Assembly: GCF_964355755.1 (NCBI RefSeq)
Contig: NC_092680.1
Coordinates: 18,857,045-18,921,044, forward strand
Source of the DNA: Antedon mediterranea
Lineage: Eukaryota > Animalia > Echinodermata
Direction of reading: 5' to 3'
DNA: 64,000 nt
Below, in pieces: positions 38,662 through 49,823 of this stretch (its first letter is position 1; every line of letters begins with the position of its first letter). A program made the translations under genes and the position numbers. The notes below the pieces were generated by a model. The model ran no database searches. It saw nothing but the letters and a program-made list of their open reading frames with translations, and was not told where the DNA came from.

Positions 38662-39578
38662 AAAAGATAAATGCTGAGTAAACGGGACTAGTGGTCCTAC
38701 TCTAACATCTGGACGACTAAGGAGGTACCCCAGTATAATCCCACTAAGTGACTACCAGGAGCAATCCGCCGTTTTCTCACAAATACAGTATCGAATTTCA
38801 CTATAATATTAATAAATCGTAATTGAGTTACACTCAGATTTAAAAGATGAGGGCTGAGTAAACGGGACCAGTGGTCATACGCTAACTTTTACTGGACGAC
38901 TAAGGAGGTACCTTAGTATAATCCCATCAAGTGACAACCAGGAGCAATCCGCCGTTTTATCACAAATTCAGTATAAAATTCCACTATATATAAAAAATCG
39001 TAATTGAGTTACACTAAGATTTTAAAGATAAATGCTGAGTAAACGGGACCAGCAGTTCCACTCTAACTTATACTGGACTAAGGAGGTACCCTAGTATAAT
39101 CCCACCAAGCATGGATTAAGGAATATTATTCTATTCTTTAATCCATGCACCAAGTAACTCCCAGGAGCAATCCGCCGTTTTCTCACAAATACAGTATCAA
39201 ATTTCACTATAATATAATATTAAAAATCGTAATTTAGTTACACTCAGATTTAAAAGATGAGGGCTGAGTAAACGGGACCAGTGGTCATACTCTAACTTTC
39301 ACTGGACGACTAAAGAGGTACCCTAGTATAATCCCACCAAGTGACTCCCAGGAGCAATCCGCCGTTTTCTCACAAATACAGTATCAAATTTCACTATACA
39401 TATATAAAAAACGCGGGAAAAAAACGTAATTGAGTTACACTCAGATTTAAAAGATAAATGCCGGGTAAAAACGGGACCAGCGGTCCTACTCTAACTTATA
39501 CTGGACGACTAAGGAGGTACCCTAGTATAATCCCACCAAAGTGACTCCCAGGAGCAATCCGCCGTTTTCTCACAAATA
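38662..39578. repeat. ~180-bp tandem repeat x5 with dimeric higher-order pattern
   Basis: TGAGTAAACGGGAC...CAGGAGCAATCCGCCGTTTTCTCACAAAT units at 38675, 38855, 39036, 39265, 39462. Confidence 0.95.
39110..39147. mobile_element. 38-bp CATGGA-ended palindrome with 7-bp TSD (P-superfamily footprint or micro-element)
   Basis: CACCAAG-[CATGGATTAAGGAATATTATTCTATTCTTTAATCCATG]-CACCAAG; sister repeat units show the empty site. Confidence 0.8.
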
Positions 39579-39744
39579 TTTATTTTCTAATACCATAAAA
39601 ACCATAAGTAAGACATGGCTTGACAACAGGCCTTCAATGATCGATTATGTTTTTAATCCCCAGCAGGACTGGACACAGAGTGGTTTCAGTCACGTGGTTT
39701 TAAAATACTATGCTGCCCTTAACGTTTATATTTAGTTAGACTGT

Positions 39745-39890
39745 ACGCCAATTTTTGTCCTTACGGCAATTTTTGTCCTTACGGCAATTTTGTCCTTACG
39801 CCAATTTTTGTCCTTACGCCAATTTTTGTCCTTACGCCAATTTTTGTCCTAACGCCAATTTAACCATACGGCAATTTGTTCATATGGCAA
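39745..39890. repeat. 18-bp minisatellite (ACGCCAATTTTTGTCCTT) x ~7
   Basis: Direct tandem copies, degenerating at the right end. Confidence 0.92.
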
Positions 39891-39930
39891 TGTGTGTGTG
39901 ATGGCCGCCCATATTATATAATGCTTGAAT

Positions 39931-39965
39931 CATGGATTAAAGAATAGATAATTCTTTTATCCATG
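39931..39965. mobile_element. 35-bp CATGGA-ended palindrome with 7-bp TSD, same family as 39110-39147
   Basis: CTTGAAT-[CATGGATTAAAGAATAGATAATTCTTTTATCCATG]-CTTGAAT. Confidence 0.8.
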
Positions 39966-40217
39966 CTTGAATAAAGACACAATCGACCAAGTAATGTGTA
40001 GCCATTCCTGAACAAATTATATTTACATAAAACTAGAGGTGATTACAAACTAGTATACGTTGCAGTGTTAACTTGATTTACCTATGACTCACTAGTAGAC
40101 ACAATAAACTATGCAATTTTAAATGTATTATGTTAACAGCTGATTTATTGATTGTATTATTTTTCAAGTTTCATATTGTTTTCGATCACGAACGAAAAAA
40201 AGACATCTTGCCATTTT

Positions 40218-40812
40218 TGTGGTTGTGTTCGTGGAGTTGTGTTCGTGGAGTTGTGTTCGTGGAGTTGTGTTCGTGGAGTTGTGTTCGTGGAGTTGTGTTC
40301 GTGGAGTTGTGTTCTTGCAGTTGTGTTCGTGGAGTTGTGTTCGTGGAGTTGTGTTCGTGGAGTTGTGTTCGTGGAGTTGTGTTCGTGGAGTTGTGTTCTT
40401 GCAGTTGTGTTCGTGGAGTTGTGTTCACGGAGTTGTGTTCGTGGGGTTATGGTCTTGAAGTTGTGCTGTTTCAGTTGTGTTCGTGCAGTTGTGTTCTTGC
40501 AGTTGTGTTCTTGCAATTGTGTTCTTGCAGTTGTGTTCTTGCAGTTGTGATCTTGCAGTTGTGTTCACGGAGTTGTGTTCACGGAGTTGTGTTCACGGAG
40601 TTGTGTTCGTGGGGTTATGGTCTTGAAGTTGTGCTGTTTCAGTTCTGTTCTTGCAGTTGTGTTCGTGCAGTTGTGTTCTTTTTTTTCAGTTGTGTTCGTG
40701 GAGTTGTGTTCTTGCAGCTGTGCTGTTTCAGTTGTGTTCGTGCAGTTGTGTTCTTGCAGTTGTGGTCTTGCACTTGTGTTCGTGGAGTTGTGGTCTTGCA
40801 GTTGTGTTCGGT
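40218..40812. repeat. 14-bp minisatellite (GTTGTGTTCGTGGA / GTTGTGTTCTTGCA) x ~42
   Basis: Tandem variants; explains the cluster of spurious repetitive ORFs on both strands. Confidence 0.97.
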
Positions 40813-43506
40813 TCTGCTTCATTTAGGCCCTAAGTGAAAACAAATAAAATTTTAAGAGACTAAAAAATTAAAGCGAGTGTTTACCGCTGTAGTATACTAC
40901 GACAAATTATCTGGTAATATTATGTAAATTTTGCCACATGATGTAAAAGTCACTTACCAATAAGTTGAACAAAGTTTCAAGTCATACAAAAGATATCAAT
41001 AAAAATTAACTAATTTGTTATTTTTCCATAGACTTTTTTTTCAATTCAATATCAGGAGTGATTGCAACACGATGGTAACGCCTAAATATTAATACGGTAC
41101 TTAACTGAGATATCAAAGATCATTGACCCAAATAAACAACTAACACACTAATGAAAATGATCCACTAATAATATTTTATTTCATGTCAATTAATAGCGGT
41201 AAATATCAATACTATTAATGTAATTGATACATATAAATTATCTATGTGTAATACTGTAATGGCACTTAATAACCACTCAGTGTAAGGCACTTAACCCATA
41301 AACAACCACCAGCACAAAAATGGGTGGAAAAACACACAACTAGGCATCCAATAATAATACTATACACTGAATGCTTTGTTCTAAAAGTTAATAAATCTCT
41401 TGCAACGGAAGGCATAAAACCACCCTCTATGAAGGCATTTAAATTACATTTTATCACAGAATTAATATTTTCTTGTTCAATTTTTATTCACTGAAATTCA
41501 AGAGATGAGATAAAGCCAACACAGTATATAGTGTTATGTGATATTCCTGTATGCAAATGTTGAATTAACCTAAAACCTGTTGATTTGCTTGATTAGTCCT
41601 AATTATATATGCAAATATTTTAGAGTCATTGACCTATACTGAGATAATCAAATAATTAAATTTAATTTGACCGATCATGAAGCAGGTAGGTATTACCAGG
41701 GAGTTGTAAACTCTATGGTATTACCATGGCGGTATAAATGGTATTAAAGATTCAATGAAGATGTTTCATAATGAACCTGGTAGGTAATGATAATTAGTGA
41801 AACTTCTACAGATTGGTCCACAGTGATGGCATTGCTTTATTTTGTAACAAAAAAACCTTCAGTTCTAATTTAATTTATCATTACAATAGTTGTTACATTA
41901 TAATAAACTAATATACTAGGACACTTCAAGTATTGATAACTTCTCATTTAGAAATTTCTTTCAGACCAAGGGGTTGGGAAGGTCAACTATGCCTGAAAAC
42001 AGTGCTTTCATAAAAAGCCTACAAATACATAATGATGCAATATCAATGTATATAATACACAAAAGAACAACACAAAAATAATCAACAAATAATTGAAAAC
42101 GCACCAAAATTACTAAAAACCAACTCAACCAGGGTGTGGCCAGAGTCAAATTTCACTCAAAACACCCCAAAACCACTGCATGCATGTTAAATAAATAAAA
42201 TAAAATACTGCAACATGACAAAACATTTATTAGCTGTTTTAAAGTTTTAGGATCATTTCATTTCTACGGCTCTACAGGCAGTCCAAACACTAGACCTTCA
42301 AACAGTAAATTTAGAGTCCTTGATTTTTATGATGATAACTAAAAAGTTTTCATTTAATACGATTTACAGATCTTTTATTGTTTCTAATTTGTTTATTTGT
42401 CAGAAACAATTAAGCAAATTGGTGATTAATTACTTTACTACTGTTTTATTCTTTAAGTTGTAAATTAAAAGTTTTTTATATCAAAAGGAATTTCCATTTA
42501 TTTAATACCTTTTACAGATTTGTTGGGTGTTTCTAATTTGTTTATTTCTTGAAAGCAATCAAATAAAATGATTGAAATGGCAAAATCAGCACTGTGGTCA
42601 TGTTACAAGAGTTGTCAAAACAATATAGAAAGTAGGTAGGAAGACCTTTTCCATTTCCCCTAACTGTTATACTGTTTTATGGGAGTAAAGTTGAGTTTAA
42701 ATAATATATTTTAACATTTAACTACTACTGTAGCGTATCCACATCCTGCTTGGTAAATTCCAAATAGCGACACAGTAGTGGCAATGATTAATTTTAATTC
42801 AAAATCACAGGATTTTGTGATGAATGAATATTCATTACACAGGAATTAAAACACCTAACGTGGAACTTAGTGCTGACTGAATGACCAATGTGTACGGCCA
42901 TAGGCAAGGTTTACCAACTGGCACGTGGCTAAGCCTCAAGCCTCATATGGCCTCTTTCTTTTCGCAGGGTTTCCATAGTTAATTAATTACTACAGAAATT
43001 ATTGGTAATTTAACAATAGTTTTGTTTGATCTTTGTGTATGACCTGAATTTAAAAAATAACCAGATATGTCCGTAGACAATGTGAGGATGGTAAATCAAT
43101 GGTAAATTAAAAAATATTTAATTAAAGAGATCAACAAGTGAAAGCTAATAGGTAATTTATTCTGATTGAACTTAATCATTATGAACATATATTTACTTGT
43201 GTTAAGCTCTGTCTACACTATCAAACTTTATGTGACAAACAAATGTGATGTGCCAATATATGGACATGATGATAGGCATATTACTACCATATTTGGGCAC
43301 ATCAGACTTGTTTTATCAAAATAGTTTGATAGTGTGGACAGAGCTTTATGTAGTAACACAACTGTAATCCAGCTTGATAGTTGACATTTCTTCTTAATGT
43401 AAGTTTTTTTTATTCTGTACTTTTTTATTTCTTCAATCATTGGCACTATCTTTCATCCATTTTTATCTGAAATTTATAAGAAATTATTAAATGTAATTGC
43501 TTATAT

Positions 43507-43886
43507 GCAACGTTGGGCCTGGTTGCATTCTGGATGGGAGACCGTCTAGAAATCGCGGCGGGTGCTGTATATACTGGAGAGTGATGGTGTAATGGTAATA
43601 TCGGACTATCATGTGATAGGCATCTGTACCATACTAATTGCATCCTTAGGCAAGGTGCTTTACTCTCATTGCCTCGTCCTTCGGATGGGATGTAAAGCCG
43701 TTGGTCCCGTGTACTTAACAGTGCACGTTAAAGAACTTGGTACACTATTCGAAAAGAGTAGGGGATCGTCTCCCGGTGTGCTGATCTGGTAGGCGCTGCA
43801 CTGCTGGCTGCTGTGGGTCCGTGAAGGGCCTAATCCGAATTTCCTCAGTTTCCAGTTAAGCTTGAGGACAAATATGAATATGAATA
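43507..43886 (+). mobile_element. Composite 5S rRNA + tRNA-like headed SINE with Deu/Nin-like domain
   Basis: GGGCCTGGTT...GGATGGGAGACCG...GGGTGCTGTA (3' half of 5S rRNA), then TGGTGTAATGGTAA (tRNA A-box-like), then AAAGCCGTTGGTCCC...GTGCACGTTAAAGAAC...CACTATTCGAAAAGAGTAGGGG...CCCGGTGT, (AATATG)n tail. Confidence 0.85.
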
Positions 43887-46800
43887 CCTTTTGTAGGTTC
43901 TTGATAAAAGCTGAAAATATGTAACATAAACAATTTATAATTTGTGAAAACATGCATGTTTACTTCATATAAAAACTACTCTAAAAAATTGTTAGAGAAA
44001 ACAAAGAAAAACAGTACAGTATACAGTACAAAAAAGTTAATTTTAGGATTAGTGCCCTAGCCCCAGAATGATTGCCCTGATTCTTAAATGAAGAATAAAA
44101 CAGAAAGCAACAATACATGAATGGACATTCATTTTTAATCTTAAAAATCGCTTTTAACCTTTAAAATTTGGCCATATTTAAGGTCATTTAATATTTTCAA
44201 CAATTGATAAAAATTCTGAAAGTACGTTCAAGTAGTGTACTTAAAACACCTTGTGATAATATCCACTTAAACAGGCTTAACTCAGTACCTTTTAATTGTG
44301 TTGTCGGTTAAACTTATAAAGACGAGTTGTTAGATGCACCGCTATTTAATAGCTTAAATAGAGATTACAATTGGATTGTAATAATAGGGTCCTACAGACA
44401 TCAACACCCTGATCTTAATGGGTCTTCTTGATCAGTCTATACACACTTTAGGGCCTAGAGTAATCCAGTCTATAATAGTTGAATTATTAGCAGTGAATAG
44501 AGGAATTAAACTGGAGTAGATTTTGCAGGAAGTAACAGTGGCTATATAAGAGGAGATTAGGAGATTTTAAGCACTTGGGTTTGTTTACCCATCTGGGCGG
44601 TTACATGTATTTACAATACATTTTAATTATTGTCAATATTATTGTACCACTGGCTTTAACTGTAAGTGGTTTAAACATGGGAGTAATTCCTCAAAAAAAG
44701 TTACAATTCTCTTATGAAATTGAACAAAAACTTGTGTTTGGGTTACAGGTAGTTACCTTAATTGTACTCAGGTCTTCATAAAAAAAGTAAAAAGAATATT
44801 TCAATAGTTTTAGCAAGTCATTCTATACAAATTTATTTAATTTAATTTTCAGGCACTAACAACCACATAAATACATGACAACGGTGCAGCACTCTGAGGA
44901 TTGCCGTGAGTGCTAAGCACTATGAAATTGGCTCTCCATACTGCATTTCAAACATATACAAGTAATATATAAGTTTCTGAACTAGCTCAGAAACATATAA
45001 ACTTGTAGAATGACTTTTTGACTCAATAGCTGCATAGTCTAGTGCCGCATCGTTACCAAAGAAAGGTCGCTAAAAGGGTATATTCTGCATAGGTGCGTTT
45101 GTGGAAACATGGAGAGATGAGTATTGTTATGGGTTGTTGCTTGATCAAAATCATAATGTTTGATCAATGTTTTTTCCAAAAACATTCTTTCTTGTTTGAA
45201 TTTAGGTCTGTGGTATTTATCTCTTTTTCTGTACATCTGTAATTGGACCAAATTCTGTAATATTTATAGATGTTTGTATATTACTGTACTTGAGAACTCT
45301 GTTTCTTTCATTAAGTTTCAAATGCAGCCTTCAAAAAATCAATGTAATGCTCCTAAAACAGAACAAAGCCGATTACTACAAAAAAATAAAATTGTAACAC
45401 GTTTATAAAATTGTCTAAACTAGCAGTCCGAATTAGGTGTGTATCTAGAAAATATAATCAAACACATTTGGTGATTAATTATTCACTTCTCATATGAAAG
45501 TTGTTGATAATATTTAAAAAACAAAGAACTCCATTGGGTGTTAACATTTTATATGCATATATCATTTTAAATAAGCGCTAGACTTTGTTTAATAATAATC
45601 ATGCAAGAAAACAAAGATGAACTTAATATTAACAAAGATGAAGATAAAGAAGACAAATTTGGGTGTTAACATTTTAAATACATATATCTCGATTAGGATA
45701 AACGTCTTCATTCAATAATGTATAAAAATCATGAAGCAAGATGTGAAGGTCTACATGAGATTGAAACTAAGCTGAAATTTGTGATTTGCATTAAAATTCA
45801 TGATTAACACAAAATGAAGATAATCTATGAAGAGTTAATATTCTAAAAACACATATATCTCTTTATAAATAGGCTAATATATGATAATCTTGATGGTTTT
45901 CAAAAGATAATGTATTAGAAAGAAGGATACACAGTGGGCCTTTGTAAGACGTTGAAGGTTGTTTATTGTGATATGGCGCATTGATCAACACATTCATCAT
46001 AAAACTATAAGGTCATTTGTTATATAAGGTTATTAAAACATGTCTAGCCTGAAAAATGTATTTTTCTACATCAATCAAACATTTGATGGATTACTCTACT
46101 TAAATATGATCATGGGGAATATACATTTATCCCAGACTCAATATTTCATTTTATTAATTTCAGCCATACAATTTATTTGGGTATTAGATGTATCTTTAAT
46201 CAAACAAGCAACAACTGTAATATTTGGTAGAACTGGAAAGAGTAATGTTTACTCTTCCTTGGTAGACAAGATATTGTGAGAGTGTCGGTATTAAAAACTA
46301 ATAGTAGTAAACAGTACATATATTGTTAGTTTACTGGCGCAAATAGGATAGCTATCTGGAACGATATGTAATGTTATCAACAACAATATCAAAACTTGTA
46401 TCATTTGTATTTATTTATATAGTTATCACATCGTATTATTTATTCTACTCAGGTACAAAACATATCTCGAAATTGTTAACAATTTTGACAATAAAGTTAT
46501 CTTGTATCTTGTATCTTGTATTGTATCTTGTATCTAAGTGGTGTAGAGAAAAAAATATATATATTTGACTAATCTTGATATATATCGCAGTTAAACAATT
46601 ACAATTATCGTTTAAAATCTTGACAATTATTAGGAGATGAGTAAAAGTCATGGATGATTTGTACAAAATAATGATACATTGATCACATTTCTTTTGAGTG
46701 ACAATCATTAGCCTTTGCTTTAGCTGCGCTATGTCTTTGATTTGTGCCCAAGTGGAAACCTAGTGGGAACCAAGCTTAAAATTAAAAAATTAAGCTCTGT

Positions 46801-49420
46801 CTACAAACTTTATGTGACAACTAAATGTGATGTGCCCATATATGGACATATCACTAGTATATTTGAGCACAACACAATTTTTGTTGTTGTCAAACTTTGA
46901 TAATGTAGACAGAGCTTTAGATATATATATATATTTAGTAACATTTTTTCTTCATACTTCCAGAAACTAGGTCAGAATTCAGAAAATTTATATTTTGCTG
47001 TTCTAAAAGCATTTGTTTATCGCAAAATTATAACCTTTTATAACTATATGGCTTTTCCAAATAGCTTGACTACATATATAACAACTGAAATCTATAAATT
47101 ACAGTTGTTATTACATGTTCCTTTTAAATTTTCATTACTGCAATATGTATATTATGACATATTCCCAGGCTATAATAACCTTAAGTTCATAATAAGTAAG
47201 TAAATTGTTCAAAAATTTGTTTCTTAAAAGCATTTTAAATAGGTTTAATCACGAAGGAAATAAATAAGATTGCCTTTATGGTATAATAAATCAAGATTAG
47301 AAGTTAGAACATGGAGGAAATATATATATATACAACAATCAAATAATATAAATATAAATATTTCCTCCGTGATTAGAAACAGTTCATAATACAGTAAGTT
47401 CCCACTATTGACCAACCAGCCTGGCACAAGTATTGGTTTTTCAGAAATTCTGATAAAAAAGAAAGATAAAAGAATTTGGGTCTCAGAGAAATTTCAATTT
47501 AGAAGAGTTTCCAGTTTTTCCCAGAGTCTGGTATTTTTCATTCTTTCTTTTGACTGGATTGTATTGTCAGTAATGTGGTACTACTGGTCCAGTTACAAGG
47601 TTTAAAAGAAAAGAAACGTTAAAACATGCATAACACATATACAGAAAAATAAATGCATACCAAATTCCAGATATATAAAGTAATTTATAAAAGACATACA
47701 TGCATAGAGTTGACTGATATTTTCATAGGGTAATTTCCCAATAGTTGACGTTCCCAAGCCTGTAGGGGGGGGGGGGGGGGGTTCGTGAGATTAAAAAAAA
47801 AACCCTTTTTCTGAAGAAGACGTGCCCTATACAAACAAGTAACCTGAAAGTGCTGGTAAAAGTCCTAATTCGTTTCAATTTTATGTTCAATATTGAGTCA
47901 CCCCAACCAAGATTCAACAACACTTTTAGCATACAATGCATCTATCACCTATTATTCTATCATATTATTCAAACTGTTAAATGCTATGTGTGAACATACA
48001 CCTTAAAGCAGCCTTAAACTTACAGGGTCATGGTCAAAAAAGCAAAACAAAAAACGTAAGCAATTATTTACATGTTAACCAATATTTACACCTGCCTAAC
48101 ACGATACAAGTTTTCATCACCAAATTCCAGGTGAGATGTTCTTCATAACATTCGCCTTGGAGTTGTTTGCATACAAGTGTGCTGTCTGCGTCAGACATCG
48201 TACAACCTCTCAACCTATTGTGTCTTGGGTATGTGATATTTGCTACCTTGCGCTAATGTCAATTTGTCTATCAGATTAACCCTCTCTCAGAAGGCTATTG
48301 TGAAACTGATGCTAGCTTCAAACTATTTACGTTTATTGATTCTTCTGGGCCTATAAGGTGAATGGCCTTGTTATCATTGTTTTTCTGATACCACAACGAG
48401 TAAACAATAATTGAGAATGATCATAAAAATTCCTGCATGATGAGATAACAATAGCATATGAGAAAATAGAAGTAGAGGAATTAAATGATTAAGTAACGAT
48501 CTTTTTGTTTCTGTTCATTTTCTCGTAAACATATAATTTATTATTATTAAATTAAAAATTATACAAAGATATATACAATACAACATATAAAAAAAAAATA
48601 CATAGCTGTAACTGAAATAAGCCAGATCTAATATAAATATTAAACAAAATTAAACCTAGCAGTTTTGGAAACATCAAGTTGGTAATGGTATGATATAAAT
48701 AAAACAATGTTAGAACAGACCTCCCAACTCTCAATCGATAATGGTGAGTCTCCTATTTTGAGTCATCTCACACTCTAAGTTTCCCAGTACAATACATACT
48801 TTATGATAAACCCAACAAAGGCATTTTATTTTTATAACACTGGGTTCATCAGAGTTTAAATGCATTATTTCTATTAACATTATTTCATGTCAATCAACTG
48901 TATTTTTATATTGCAATTCAGTTTTTAATGTAATAGTATTGATTGATTGATCTATATGCATGAATTGAATTCTATGTTTATATAGCAGTATCACAATGCA
49001 CTTAAAACACAATGATAGTAATAATGGACAGAAACCATTTTCTATGTATTGTTATAGTTGTGATTACATATACTAAGTTATATAAGAAGAAGCACATAAA
49101 GAAAATTATTTTTTCTATGCTACTTATATCTTCTACCTTCCTTGTAATGCAAGCGTTACTTTGTGAATTGGTAGTGTAAATTAAATTTTAGAATACAGTC
49201 AGTTATAAATGTATTGAAATGCATGGTATAGTGTAGGGAACTCAAGAGAAAAGATGAGACAGTATGGAATGATAATAGGCTCTAAGACCCCACTCAATCC
49301 CTCAATCTCAAAGTCTCTCTGGTTATGGGGTTACTTTATAGCAATCTAAATGCTTTACAATGCTTTTATTTCTACTTAAAAGTCACTTACTGATATACTG
49401 TACTACTTATACTGTAGGCC

Positions 49421-49800
49421 TATAGAGCATCACGGTGTGACATCACAACAATAGAGGGCGCTGCATGGTTGCTAGCCAACCAAAAAATGCGTTCAACGCT
49501 ACTATGTTGATAAACTGTAGGCCTAAAGATTTGTATTTCTATCAAATTATGTATCTTAGCTTGATTTTGTTTAACTTAAACTGTAGTTGAAGAGTAAATA
49601 GATTATTAAAAACAAATATTTAGTGATCTTTTTTAGTTTGTTTTTATTGAAAATTATTAAATTTTAAAATGACTACTTCAATAACCCTATTCCAAACCAT
49701 TGGAGTCACTCAGACGAGGCAGGTTGAACGCATTTTTGGTTGCGCTAGCAACCACGCAGCGCCACCTACTGTCGTGACGTCAGCACCGTGATACTCTATA
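49421..49800. mobile_element. MITE with ~78-bp imperfect TIRs
   Basis: TATAGAGCATCACGGTG...TGGTTGCTAGC..ACCAAAAAATGCGTTCAAC and its inverse at 49724-49800. Confidence 0.85.
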
Positions 49801-49823
49801 TGCTTTTGTTCTAAGTCTGATTT

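Noticed and set aside
38675-38790. Loose similarity of the minus strand of the 180-bp repeat to U8 snoRNA words (GGTGGGAT, GATTGCTCCTG)
   Set aside because: Segments are in the wrong order and there is no C box; treated as coincidence
40130-40837. Cys/Val-rich and Thr/His-rich repetitive ORFs on both strands
   Set aside because: Artefacts of a stop-free 14-bp minisatellite; no splice or codon evidence
43507-43572. Possible 5S rRNA gene
   Set aside because: Only the 3' half, diverged, no poly-T terminator and fused to a SINE body
46040-46279. ORF with a P-loop-like IFGRTGKS
   Set aside because: Spacing does not fit GxxxxGKS and there are no supporting motifs or splice partners
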